Part shown: one piece after another, positions 1-10,461 of the stretch | Layout: every line of letters starts with the position of its first letter | Numbering within the stretch: position 1 is the first letter of the stretch | Position numbers and translations under genes: made by a program | Notes under the pieces: model-generated | The model's database searches: none | Told to the model about the DNA's origin: nothing | What the model saw: the letters and a program-made list of their open reading frames with translations, nothing else | Assembly (NCBI GenBank): GCA_963716745.1 | Contig: OY970320.1 | Location: 3,104,001 to 3,168,000 of the forward strand | DNA from: an uncultured Gemmatimonadaceae bacterium | GTDB taxonomy: Bacteria > Gemmatimonadota > Gemmatimonadetes > Gemmatimonadales > Gemmatimonadaceae | DNA length: 64,000 bases | Direction of reading: 5' to 3'

Positions 1-1
1 G

Positions 2-1846
2 CTCGGCGACCAGCCGGTGCGGTTCGCGCTGCTCAAGGGCTGGCACAACTACCTGTGCCTGCAGCGGCTGGAGCAGGCGGTGGCCGCGCCCGCGGGGATG
101 TTCGACGACGGCCGCCGCGACGAGATCGACGGGCTGCGCGCATGGGCCGAGCGCACCGCCGATGGCTCGCTCAGCGATCTGCCGGTGGCGCCGCGCCCCG
201 AGGCGTGGGATGAGGTGGCGGCGGAATCCGATCTCTGCGGGCGGCTCAAGTGCCCGCACTTCGAGAAGTGCTTCCTGTTCAAGGCGCGCAGAGTCGCCGC
301 GCAGGCGGATGTGGTGGTGGTGAACCATCACCTGTTGCTCGCGGATCTCGCCGTGCGGCGCGCGCAGCAGAATTGGGGCGACGCGGCGGTGCTTCCCGCA
401 TACACGCGACTCGTGATCGACGAAGGGCATCATCTCGAGGACGCAGCGGTCTCGCATCTCGGGAGCACCGTCACGCGCCGCGCGCTCGAGCGGCTCCTCG
501 CGCGCCTCGAGCGGCGAGGCAAGGGCCTGCTCTCCGCGCTCACCCAGCGGCTCAGCGCACACGACGATCTCTTGAGCACCGCCAGCCTCGATCTCGTTCA
601 CGCGCGCCTCGCACCCGCGGTGCACGCCGCGCGCGATAAAGGCGCGCTGCTCTTCGATCTTCTCGCGACGGTGCTCGCCGAGAGCGGCCAGTCGCCGCTA
701 CGGCTCACGGCGGATTTCGCGTCGCATCCCGCGTGGCGCGCGGGGCTCGACGTGGCGCTCACCGATCTCCTGGGCGAGATCGCGCTGCTCCGCGAGGGCC
801 TTCGCCTCGTGCGTGAACGTCTCGAGACCGACGAGCGCCGCGCGGAAGCGGTCGCGCCGCTGCTCGCCGAGATGCGCGCGGTCACGCGCCGCCTCGAAGG
901 GATCGGCGACGGCCTCACGCGCGCACTGCGCCCGCCTCCCGACGCCGACCGCGGCACGGTGCGCTGGCTCGAGGCGCGAGGCAAGGAGAAGAACGTCGCG
1001 GCCGTCGCCGTTCCGCTCGACGTCGCGCCGATCCTGCGCGAGGATCTCTTCCTGAAAGTGGAGACCACGATCATCACGAGTGCGACGCTCACGAGCGAAG
1101 GCGAATTCGGATTCCTTCGCCAGCGGCTCGGGCTCGACCAACCCGAGGTCGAGCCCGAGACGGCGATCTTCCCATCGCCCTTCGATTATGCCGAGCAGTC
1201 CGTGCTCGTGGTGCCGTCCGATGTTCCCGCACCGAATGTGGACGGTCCCGCGCACCGCGCGACTGTCGCCACGATCGTGCGCGAACTCGCCGAAGCGAGC
1301 GATGGCGGCTTGTTCGCGCTCTTCACGAGCCACGCCGAAGTGCGCGCCGTCGCGGCGCTGCTCCGCGCCACGGGCGCGGACGCGCGATGGCCGCTGCTTG
1401 TGCACGGCGACGAATCGCGCGATACCCTCCTGCGCCGATTCCGCGAATCGGGGCGTGCGATGCTGCTCGGCACGTCGAGCTTCTGGGAAGGCGTGGATGT
1501 TGCCGGCGAAGCGCTGCGCGCTCTGCTCATCGCGAAGCTGCCCTTCCGCGTGCCGAGCGAGCCGCTCACCGCCGCGCACTGCGAAGCGATCTCCCTCGCG
1601 GGCGGCGATCCGTTCGCCGAATACATGTTGCCGCACGCGACGCTGAGACTCAAGCAGGGCTTCGGCCGTCTCATTCGCAGCACGACCGACCGCGGTGCCA
1701 TCGTTCTCGCCGATCCACGCGTACTGTCCAAGAGCTACGGCGCGGCACTGCTCGATGCGCTGCCGCCCGCGCGCCGGATCGTGGCATCGTGGGCCGAGTC
1801 GCGCACCGCACTCCAGCGCTTCTACCTCGAGGGACGCCGCACATGA
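2..1846 (+). CDS. DinG/YoaA-family ATP-dependent DNA helicase (5'-truncated by the window edge)
   Basis: LKGxxNYLC, Fe-S cysteines (LCGRLKCPHFEKC), VVVNHHLL, DEGH, SATL, SFWEGVD and QGFGRLIR helicase motifs. Confidence 0.92.
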   Translation, partial: LGDQPVRFALLKGWHNYLCLQRLEQAVAAPAGMFDDGRRDEIDGLRAWAERTADGSLSDLPVAPRPEAWDEVAAESDLCGRLKCPHFEKCFLFKARRVAAQADVVVVNHHLLLADLAVRRAQQNWGDAAVLPAYTRLVIDEGHHLEDAAVSHLGSTVTRRALERLLARLERRGKGLLSALTQRLSAHDDLLSTASLDLVHARLAPAVHAARDKGALLFDLLATVLAESGQSPLRLTADFASHPAWRAGLDVALTDLLGEIALLREGLRLVRERLETDERRAEAVAPLLAEMRAVTRRLEGIGDGLTRALRPPPDADRGTVRWLEARGKEKNVAAVAVPLDVAPILREDLFLKVETTIITSATLTSEGEFGFLRQRLGLDQPEVEPETAIFPSPFDYAEQSVLVVPSDVPAPNVDGPAHRATVATIVRELAEASDGGLFALFTSHAEVRAVAALLRATGADARWPLLVHGDESRDTLLRRFRESGRAMLLGTSSFWEGVDVAGEALRALLIAKLPFRVPSEPLTAAHCEAISLAGGDPFAEYMLPHATLRLKQGFGRLIRSTTDRGAIVLADPRVLSKSYGAALLDALPPARRIVASWAESRTALQRFYLEGRRT

Positions 1847-2457
1847 AGAGACCCGGCAAGATCGTCTGCGTGGGACGCAACTACCTGGCGCACGCGCAGG
1901 AGCTGGGCAACACGATGCCGAAGGAGCCGCTGCTCTTCCTCAAGCCGCCGTCGAGCGTGATCGGGAACGGCGGCACGATCCTCCTGCCGCCGCAGTCGCA
2001 GCAAGTGGAGTACGAAGGGGAGATCGGCATCGTGATCGGCCGCGCGCTGCATCACGCGAAGGAGAGCGAGGTGGCGCAGGCGATCGGGGGCATCATTGCG
2101 GTGAACGACGTCACGGCGCGCGACCTGCAGAACAAGGACGGGCAGTGGACCCGCGCGAAGGGCTTCGACACGTTCTGCGCGCTGGGCGAGCCGAAAGCGC
2201 CGCCCGCCGACCTGTCCCAAATCGAGGTCGTCACGCGCGTGAATGGCGGCGAGCGCCAGAGGGCCAAAGCGGGCGAAATGGCCTTCGCGATTCCCGTGCT
2301 GCTCGCGTACATTTCAAGTGTCATGACCCTCGAGCCGGGGGATGTCGTTGCCACGGGCACTCCGGAAGGAGTGGGACCACTCCAGCCGGGCGACCTGGTG
2401 GAAGTGAGCATCACTGGCCTGAGCGTCGTGAAGAACCCGGTGGCGCGCGCGCCCTAG
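1843..2457 (+). CDS. Fumarylacetoacetate hydrolase family protein
   Basis: KIVCVGRNY, FLKP, EGE, NDVTARDLQ, AKGFDTF and TGTPEGVG motifs; ATGA overlap with the helicase stop. Confidence 0.92.
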   Translation: MKRPGKIVCVGRNYLAHAQELGNTMPKEPLLFLKPPSSVIGNGGTILLPPQSQQVEYEGEIGIVIGRALHHAKESEVAQAIGGIIAVNDVTARDLQNKDGQWTRAKGFDTFCALGEPKAPPADLSQIEVVTRVNGGERQRAKAGEMAFAIPVLLAYISSVMTLEPGDVVATGTPEGVGPLQPGDLVEVSITGLSVVKNPVARAP

Positions 2458-2490
2458 GGTCGCCCGCCCACCACATCCAAGCTGGTCCGC

Positions 2491-3676
2491 ATGCCGAGAC
2501 TGTCCGCGCGTTTCAAGTCGCTGCCCGAGTATCCGCTCGCGGGGATCCCGCAGAAGAAGCGGGAATTGCTCGCGCGCGGCGTGGACGTGATCGATCTCGG
2601 CGCGGGCGATGCGGACCTCGCGCCGCCGCCCGCCGCGGTCGCGGCGCTCGCGCGCGCGGGGAGCACACCCGCGATGAGCCGCTACGGATTCGGACTCGGC
2701 CTCCCGGCGTATCGCGAAGCCGTCGCAGCGTGGATGTCGAAGCGATTCCAGCTGCGCTTCGATCCGATGAGCGAGATCGTGCCGCTCATCGGCAGCAAGG
2801 AAGGGCTCGCGCATCTCGGCGTTCGGCTACCTCGAGCGCGGCGACGTCGCGGTGATCCCCGAGCCCGGCTACCTCGCGTATCTCGGCGGCACGCTGCTCG
2901 CGGAGGCGACGCCGCATCTCGTGCCGCTGCGGCCGCACTCGGATTTCCTCATCGAGCTGGACGAGATCCCGCGCGACGTGCTGAAAAGAACGCGCATGCT
3001 CTACTTGAACTATCCGAACAATCCGACGGCCGCCGTCGCGCCGCGCGATTATCTCGAGCGCACCGTCGCGCGCTGCCGGGAACTCGACATCCTCCTGGTG
3101 TATGACAACGCGTACAGCGAGCTCGCGTTCGACGGCTACGTGCCGCCGAGCATCTTCGAGATCGAGGGCGCGGGCGAGATCGCGATCGAATTCCACTCCC
3201 TCTCGAAGACGTACAACATGACGGGCTGGCGCTGCGGCTGGGCGGCCGCGCGCGCCCCGCTCGCCGCGACGCTCGCGAAGATCAAGACCTTCGTCGACAC
3301 GGGAGCGTTCATGGCGGTGCAGTCGGCGGGCGTGGCGGCGCTCGAGAGCTGGGAGAGTTTCCTCCCGGGGAACCTCGCAGTGTTCCGTGAGCGGCGCGAC
3401 GCCGCGGTCGCGGCCTTCCGCGCCGCGGGTTTCGCCTGCGAGACGCCGCGCGCCACGATGTACCTGTGGATCCCGCTGCCCGAGGGCCTGCCGAGCGCCG
3501 CGTTCGCGGACCGGCTGCTGAATGACGAAGGCGTCGTTGTGATGCCCGGCTCGGCGTTCGGTGCGGGCGGAGAAGGATTCTTCCGCGTGTCGTTCATCGT
3601 GCCGCCGGCGCGGTTGAGCGAGGCCGCGGCGCGCGCGGGCCGCGTGCTCGCGTCGCTCGGAGCGGGCGTCGGGTGA
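2491..3676 (+). CDS. PLP-dependent class I/II aminotransferase (LL-diaminopimelate aminotransferase-like); apparent frameshift near 2820
   Basis: GSKEGLAH in the first frame; NYPNNPT, YDNAY and SLSKTYNMTGWR in the second frame. Confidence 0.85.
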
Positions 3677-4549
3677 AGCAGAACGAGAAGGAACGCGACG
3701 CGGCGTGGTTCGCGTCCGTCGCCCTGCACATCGTGCTGGGCTTGGCGATCCTGTGGGTATTGTCGCTGCCCATGCCGCTCGAGCAATGGCTGGTGCAGCA
3801 TCACGTTGGCCCGCAGCAGGAGAGCGTCCGCTACATCGCCACCGCGCAGCAGACCACCGCCGCGCCGCACGCGGGCGGGAACGGCAAGACGCACGTCGGC
3901 CCGGTCATTCCGCCGAAGAAGCTCGTCGCGCCGATCACGATCCCGGTGGGCATTCCCGACACGAAGCCGGGGGCGAAGCCTGTGCCCGAGGCAGCGACGG
4001 GGCCGGTGATCAGCGCGGGCGGCGCGGGACCGGGGATCATGCCGATGCTCACCGACGCGCGCATTCGGCTGCCGCCCGGCGCCGTGAACGTCGCGCCGCT
4101 CAGCGACAGCGCGCGATTCGACAGCGCGTTCCACGAATCCGTGCAGCATTTGCAGGATCTCGCGAAGAAGCAGGCGGGCGCGATCAACGGCGTGTTCAGT
4201 GCCGGCGGCAAGAAGTACGGGCTCGACTCGAACAACATCTGACATTGCCGACTACAAGATCCCCGCGGCGCTGCTCGCGCTATTGCCGATCCATCCGAGC
4301 GGACCGGCGTCGCAGGAGTACACGACGTCGGGCCGTCAGATCGCGGACGTGAATTATCAGGCGGGGCGCGCGCTGGATGCGGAAGATTTCAAGACTGCCG
4401 TGAAGCGCATCCGGCAGCGGAAGGAGCGCGAGAAGCGCGACAAGGAGATCGCGGCGGGCAAGACGCCGACGACCGCGGTGGATGCGCCCGTGGAGACGCC
4501 GGTGCACAAGAAGCCGATGGTGGATCCGATCGCGCTGACGCCTCCTTAA
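3673..4549 (+). CDS. Membrane-anchored proline-rich hypothetical protein; apparent frameshift near 4240
   Basis: N-terminal TM segment (SVALHIVLGLAILW) and Pro-rich linker; reading continues as ADYKIPAALLALLP if one base is removed at ATCTGACATT. Confidence 0.6.
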
Positions 4550-4577
4550 CTACGCGGGAAGCGGGAAGCGGGACGCG

Positions 4578-6026
4578 CTACTGCAAGAACTTTACGGCGG
4601 CGTCCAGGCGGGACAGGCTCAAATCGCGGCCCATGGCCATCAAGACTTCGAAGATCCCCGGACTCACCGACGTGCCCGTGAGGGCCACGCGCAGCGGCTG
4701 GAAGATCTTGCCGCCCGCGACGCCGCGCTGCTCGGCGAGGGCGCGCAGACTCTCCTCCATAGACTCGGCAGTCCAGTTGGGGAGCGCGGCGAGTGAAGCG
4801 CGCACCGCGGCGAGCAACTCCGCCGAGGAGGGCCGGTCCTTCCACTGCTTTGCCACGGCGTCCTCTTCGTAGGCGATCGTGCCCGCGAAGTAGGGAAGGG
4901 CTTGGCGCACCACGTCGTGCAGCAGTCGCGCGCGCACCTTCAGGAGGTCGAGGAGCGCGAGATACCAATCGCGGCGCGCGGCGAGCTCGGCGGCCGTCGT
5001 GACGCCTGCGGCGATGAGCGCCGGCGAAATGCGCGGCTCCAGGTCTGCGGCGCTCGTGCGGCTCAAGTGCTGTCCGTTCATCCACTCGAGCTTCTTCGTG
5101 TCGAACACGGCGGCCTTCTTCTGCAGGCCGTCGAGATCGAACAGCTGGACCATCTCGTCGAGCGACATCACCTCGCGGTCGCCGCCCGGGCTCCAGCCCA
5201 TGAGCGCGAGGAAATTCACCATCGCGCTCGCGAGGATGCCTTCGTTCTGATAGTCGCCCACCGCGGTGGCGCCATGGCGCTTGCTGAGTTTCTTGCCGTC
5301 CATGCCGTGGATCATCGGCACGTGCGCGAAGCGCGGCGGCTCGTGGCCGAGTGCGCGATAGAGCAGGATCTGCTTCGGCGTGTTCGAGATGTGATCGTCG
5401 CCGCGCATGACGAGCGTGATCCTCATCTCGATGTCATCGCTCACCACGGCCAGGTTGTAGATCGGCGTCCCGTCGGAGCGCAGGATGACGAAATCCTCGA
5501 TGTCCTTGTTCGGGAAGGTGATCGTCTCGTGCACCGCGTCGTTCCACGACGTTTCGCCGTGCACATCGGGGATCTTGAAGCGGATCACGAACGGCATGTT
5601 CGCCGCGACGCGCTTGGCGACCTCGGCGGCGTCGAGCTTGAGGCAGCGCCGGTCGTACTTGAACGCCTCGGCGCCCGAGTGCGCCGCTTTGCGCATTGCC
5701 TCGAGCTCGGCGGCGGTGCAAAAGCAGCGGTACGCCGCGCCGGAGGCGAGCATCGCGTTCGCATCGCGCTGATGGCGCGCGAGACCGAGGCCCTGATACA
5801 CGGGCTCTTCGTCCCAGTTGAGGCCGAGCCAGTTGAGCCCATCGAAGATCGCGCGCGTGCTCTCGTCGGTGGAGCGCGCCTTGTCGGTGTCCTCGATGCG
5901 CAGCAGGAACGTGCCGCCCATCTTGCGCGCGTAGAGCCAATTGAACAGCGCCGTTCGCGCGCCCCCGACATGCAGGTAGCCCGTGGGCGAGGGGGCGAAT
6001 CGAACTCGCAAGTTTGGATCGGTCAC
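4578..6026 (-). CDS. gltX: Glutamate--tRNA ligase
   Basis: RVRFAPSPTGYLHVG (HIGH-like), RIEDTD and KLSKR motifs; GTG start at 6026 inferred. Confidence 0.96.
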   Translation of the reverse strand: MTDPNLRVRFAPSPTGYLHVGGARTALFNWLYARKMGGTFLLRIEDTDKARSTDESTRAIFDGLNWLGLNWDEEPVYQGLGLARHQRDANAMLASGAAYRCFCTAAELEAMRKAAHSGAEAFKYDRRCLKLDAAEVAKRVAANMPFVIRFKIPDVHGETSWNDAVHETITFPNKDIEDFVILRSDGTPIYNLAVVSDDIEMRITLVMRGDDHISNTPKQILLYRALGHEPPRFAHVPMIHGMDGKKLSKRHGATAVGDYQNEGILASAMVNFLALMGWSPGGDREVMSLDEMVQLFDLDGLQKKAAVFDTKKLEWMNGQHLSRTSAADLEPRISPALIAAGVTTAAELAARRDWYLALLDLLKVRARLLHDVVRQALPYFAGTIAYEEDAVAKQWKDRPSSAELLAAVRASLAALPNWTAESMEESLRALAEQRGVAGGKIFQPLRVALTGTSVSPGIFEVLMAMGRDLSLSRLDAAVKFLQ

Positions 6027-6090
6027 TGTCTCATCGTGGCTTGGAGTGAGCCAACAACTTAACGCGTGCGTGGGCTCAGCGCGCAGGGCC

Positions 6091-6209
6091 GGCGGGCGGC
6101 GGGCTCCGCGCCGGCGGCGGACAGCTCGAACCGCTTCGAGCCTCGCGCACACTGCGCGCGAGTCTCTCGCTTCTCGCTGACGCCGCCTCTGCGGAGCCCG
6201 CCGCCCGCC
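6091..6209 (-). repeat. Hairpin repeat family A, copy 1 (variant middle stem)
   Basis: Core CCGCTTCGAGCCTCGCG...CGCGAGTCTCTCGCTT flanked by complementary arms GGCGGGCGGCGGGCTCCGC / GCGGAGCCCGCCGCCCGCC. Confidence 0.85.
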
Positions 6210-6384
6210 TTGGGATCGCCGCGCTCTGAATGCGCGCGGTCGATGCGCTCGCGCTGCCGGCGGCGTGCGCCGTGACCGATCCATGCGCGCTCGCTGCCCC
6301 CGTCGCCGCGACGGGCTCGCCGCTCACTTCCCGCACGGGCATGATGCGGTCGGGCCGCGGGTGGTCGAACGCGATCGACGTCAA

Positions 6385-6500
6385 GGAGCGGGGTGCCGGG
6401 GGCGTAGCCGCGATAGCGAAAAGCGAGAGACTCGCGGCAGTATCGCGAGGCTCGAAGCGGTTTGAGCGAAAGCGGCCAAGCCCCCGGCGGCCCCGCGACC
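6385..6500 (+). repeat. Hairpin repeat family A, copy 2
   Basis: GCGAAAAGCGAGAGACTCGCG-loop-CGCGAGGCTCGAAGCGGTTTGAGCGAAAGCGGCC core. Confidence 0.9.
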
Positions 6501-6603
6501 GGCGGCACAACGATCTCGGCCTTGAACGCCGAATGACCCAACCCGCATTCTTATAGCGCGGGCGCGCTATCGCGCGTCCGCGAACTCATGGCGGAGCGAC
6601 CGC

Positions 6604-8557
6604 ATGGCTCAGTACGTGCGACTCACGAAACCAATGGTGCGCGTGAACGGGGAACTACGCGAAGCCACGTGGGACGAGGCGCTCGACCGCGCCGCGAACG
6701 GCTTCCGCACTATCCGCGACCGCGACGGCGGCGATGCGCTCGGGATCTTCTCGTGCTCCAAGGCGAGCAACGAGATGAATTTCGTCGCGCAGAAACTCGC
6801 CCGCATCGCGTTCGGCACGCACAACATCGACAGCTGCAACCGAACGTGACACGCACCTAGCGTCGTCGGTCTGGCGACGGTGTTCGGGGCAGGCGGAGGC
6901 ACGAGCTCCTACCGCGAGGCGGAGGAGACGGACGTGATCTTCCTCTGGGGCGCGAATCCCCGGGAGAATCACCCCATCTTCTTCCACCACGTGCTGAAGG
7001 GCGTGCACAATGGCGCGCGCCTGTACGCCATGGATCCGCGCCGCACCTCTACCGCCGCGTGGGCGCACCGCTGGCTCGGCCTGAACGTGGGCAGCGATGT
7101 CGCGCTCGCCAACGCCATGGGTCGCGTGATCATCCACGAGGGACTCGCGAACACCAAGTTCATCGAGCACGCCACTTCCGGCTTCGAGGCGTATCGCAAG
7201 CGCGTCGAGTCGTACACGCTGGAGCGCGCCGAGAAGCTCACGGGCGTTCCGGCCGTCGACATCCGCGACGCCGCGCTCGCCTACGCGCGCGCCGACCGCG
7301 CGATGATCTGCTGGACGCTCGGCATCACGGAGCACCACAATGCCGTCGACAACGTGCGCTCGCTCATCAACCTCGCGCTGCTCACCGGTCATGTCGGCCG
7401 CTACGGCTCTGGGCTCAATCCGCTGCGCGGGCAGAACAACGTGCAGGGCGGGGGCGACATGGGCGCGATCCCAAACCGCCTGCCGGGCTTCCAGGACATC
7501 CTCGATCCCGCGGTGCGCGAGCGGATCGACAAGATGTGGAACATCAAGATGAAGCCCACGATCGGCATGCACATGACGCAGATGTTCGAGGCGATGCACA
7601 AGAAGAAGCTCAAAGGCCTTTATGTGATCGGCGAGAATCCCGCGCAGAGCGAGGCCGATCAGCATCTCGCGCATGAATGTCTCGAGGGACTCGAGTTGCT
7701 GGTCGCCCAGGACATCTTCCTCACGCGCACCGCGCAGATGGCGCACGTGGTGTTCCCCGCGGCGTCCAGCTGGTGCGAGTCGGAAGGCACGGTCACGAAC
7801 TCCGAGCGCCGCGTGCAGCGCGTGCGCAAAGCGCTCGAGCCGCCCGGCGATGCGCGCGACGACATGTGGATCATCGCGCAGATCGCCAAACGGCTCGGCC
7901 ACGATTGGGGCAGCCGACGGGCGAGGGCGTGTGGAACGAAGTGCGGGCGGTGGCGCCCGAGATGTTCGGCGGCATGTCCTACGCGCGCCTGGAGGCGGAG
8001 CACGGACTGCAGTGGCCGTGCGCGAGCGAATCGGATCCCGGCGCGCAGTTCCTGCATGCGCGGCTGTGGGCCGAGCCGATGACCACGGCGCGCGCTCCCT
8101 TCGCCGCGCTGGACGACGAGCCGCCGGTGGAGATGCCCGACGACGAGTATCCGTTCCAGCTCACAACGGGGCGCCGCCTCGAGTCGTATAACACCGGCGT
8201 GCAGACGGGCGGCTACGATTCACCGCTCCATCGCGGAGAATCGCTCGATCTCTCGCCCGAGGATGCGAAACGGCTTCGTCTCGGAGACGGCGATGCCGTG
8301 CGCATCACCTCGCGGCGCGGCAGCGTCGTGGCGCCGGCGCGCATCTCGCCGGCGATGCGCCCCGGTCTCGTCTTCATGACACTGCATTTCCAGGACGACG
8401 TCCGCGTGAACCTGCTCACGATCGATGCGACGGATCCGCAGTCCGGCACCGCCGAGTTCAAGGCATGCGCGGTGAAGCTGGAACCGGTGAGGAAGAAGAG
8501 CGCTGCGAAGGCATCCGCCAAGGCGAAGAAGGAAGAAGAGCCACCACCCGCCGCTAG
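6604..8557 (+). CDS. fdhF: Selenocysteine-containing formate dehydrogenase catalytic (Mo/W-bisPGD) subunit; Sec at TGA 6847-6849; apparent frameshifts near 7915 and 8540
   Basis: HNIDSCNRT-TGA-HAPSVVGLATVFG aligns with the FdhF CARVUHGPSV active site; PLRGQNNVQG, GTVTNSERRVQ and C-terminal LTTGR...AEFKAC motifs; stop inferred at TAG 8555-8557. Confidence 0.9.
6850..6882 (+). promoter_or_regulatory. Bacterial SECIS element
   Basis: Stem CGTCGTC (6861-6867) / GGCGACG (6873-6879) with a GGTCT loop, starting 11 nt after the TGA as in E. coli fdhF. Confidence 0.85.
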
Positions 8558-8568
8558 AGGAGCACGCA

Positions 8569-10461
8569 TTGGATCTGCATTTCGGCACGGCGGAGGCGAC
8601 GCTCGAGGAGCGCGAGCGCGGTGGATGCGTTGCTCGGACCGCCGCAGAGCGGATGGGACGGAGGTGAACGCGTCGCCGCACGCGACACCCGCGTGGCCGA
8701 CGGCGGACTCTCCTATCACGGCGAGCGTACGCAATTGCTCCCGGCGCTGCGCGCGGTGCAATCGCGCTGCGGTTGGATCAGCGAGGGCGCGCTCACGTAC
8801 ATCTGCCATGCGTCTGAACGTGCCGCCCGCCGAAGCGTACGGCGTGGCGACGTTCTACGCGCTGCTGTCCACCACGCCGCGGCCCAAACGCATGCTGCAC
8901 GTGTGCGACGACATCGCGTGCAAGACGCGCGGCGCCGACGCGCTCATCGCCGCGCTCGAGAAGAAGGCGGGGCCCGCGGCGCATCACTCGCCGAACGGCG
9001 ATCACGCGCATGTGAATGCGAGCGGCGCCTCGTGGCTGCGCAGTCCGTGCCTCGGACTTTGCGATCGCGCGCCGGCGGCGTTCTTGCAGGTGGCCGGCGC
9101 GAAGCCGCAGGAGACGCTCGCGGGCGATGTGACGGAGAAAGAATTGATCGCGATGCTCGGCGGCACGCACAAGGCCAAGCCCCTCGCGATGCCCGCGATC
9201 CCGCAGCGAGGACAGAAGGATCTCCGCCTCCTCGCTCGAGTCGGCGTCGTGGACCCGTCGAGCCTGGACGACTACCGCGCGAGCGGCGGCTACGGCGCGC
9301 TGCGCCGCGCCTTCGAGATGGGCGCGGAGGCCGTCATCCGCGAGGTCACCGAGTCCAAGCTCGCGGGCCGCGGCGGCGCCGCGTTCCCCACCGGCCGCAA
9401 ATGGGATGCGGTGTCGAAGCAAACGGCGCGCCCGCACTATCTCATCTGCAACGCCGACGAATCCGAGCCCGGCACCTTCAAGGACCGCGTGCTCATGGAG
9501 GGCGATCCGTTCGCGATCATCGAATCGATGACGATCGCCGCTTTCGCCACCGGCTGCGAGCGCGCGTTCATCTACATCCGCGGCGAATATCCGCTCGCCA
9601 CCGCGCGACTGCAGCACGCGATCGACACCGCGCGCGCACACGGCATGCTTGGGCCCAACGTCATGGGCCACGGCTTCGCGCTCGAGATCGAGATCCGCCG
9701 CGGCGGCGGCGCGTACATCTGCGGCGAAGAGACCGCCATCTTCAATTCCATCGAAGGCTATCGCGGCGAGCCGCGCAACAAGCCGCCCTTCCCGGCGGAG
9801 AGCGGCGTGTTCCGCAAGCCGACGTGTGTGAACAACGTCGAGACGCTCGCGAACATCCCCTTCATCGTGCTGAACGGCGGCGCCGCCTTCGCGGCCACGG
9901 GAACCAAGGAGTCCACCGGCACGAGGCTTTTCTGCCTCTCCGGCGCCGTCGAGCGGCCCGGCGTGTATGAAGTGCCCTTCGGCGCCACGCTGCGCGATCT
10001 CCTCGCGCTCGCCGGCGGCCCGCGCGGCAAGCGTCCGCTCAAAGCCATTCTGCTCGGCGGCGCGGCCGGAGTGTTCGTGCGTCCCGACGAGCTCGACATC
10101 CCGCTCACCTTCGAAGGCGCGCGCGAAGCCAAGGTGACGCTCGGCTCCGGCGTGATCATGGCGTTCGACGACAGCACCGATATCACGCAGGTCATCCGGC
10201 GCATCGCGTCGTTCTTCCGCGACGAATCGTGCGGCCAGTGCGTGCCGTGCCGCGTGGGCACCGTGCGCCAGGAGGAGGCGTTGCACCGCCTCGCCTCCAA
10301 GCGCACGCGCGGTGGCGTCGCGGCCGAGCTCGCGCTGCTCGACGAGATCGGCACGGCCATGAAGGATGCGTCGATCTGCGGACTCGGCCAAACGGCGTAC
10401 AGCGCGGTGGAGTCGGCGATGAAGCGACTCGAATCTCTACAGCGCGGAGGGCGCCGTATGA
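8569..10461 (+). CDS. Fused NuoE/NuoF-like (FdsG-FdsB) diaphorase subunit of NAD-dependent formate dehydrogenase; apparent frameshifts near 8608, 8805 and 10431
   Basis: GVATFY, VCDDIAC and CLGLCDRAP (2Fe-2S) followed by GRGGAAFPTG, NADESEPG, GAYICGEET and ESCGQCVPCR; TTG start after AGAGGAG inferred. Confidence 0.85.

Noticed and set aside
4240..4242. Second selenocysteine TGA in the hypothetical gene
   Set aside because: The plausible continuation (IADYKIPAALL) is in a different frame, so a one-base insertion explains it better; no convincing SECIS follows.
6059..6556. Recurring peptide motifs (PLSLKPLRASR, RGSKRFERKRPS, LGRFRSNRFEPR) as a protein family
   Set aside because: They are translations of the family A DNA repeat in various frames; the conservation follows base pairing, not codons.
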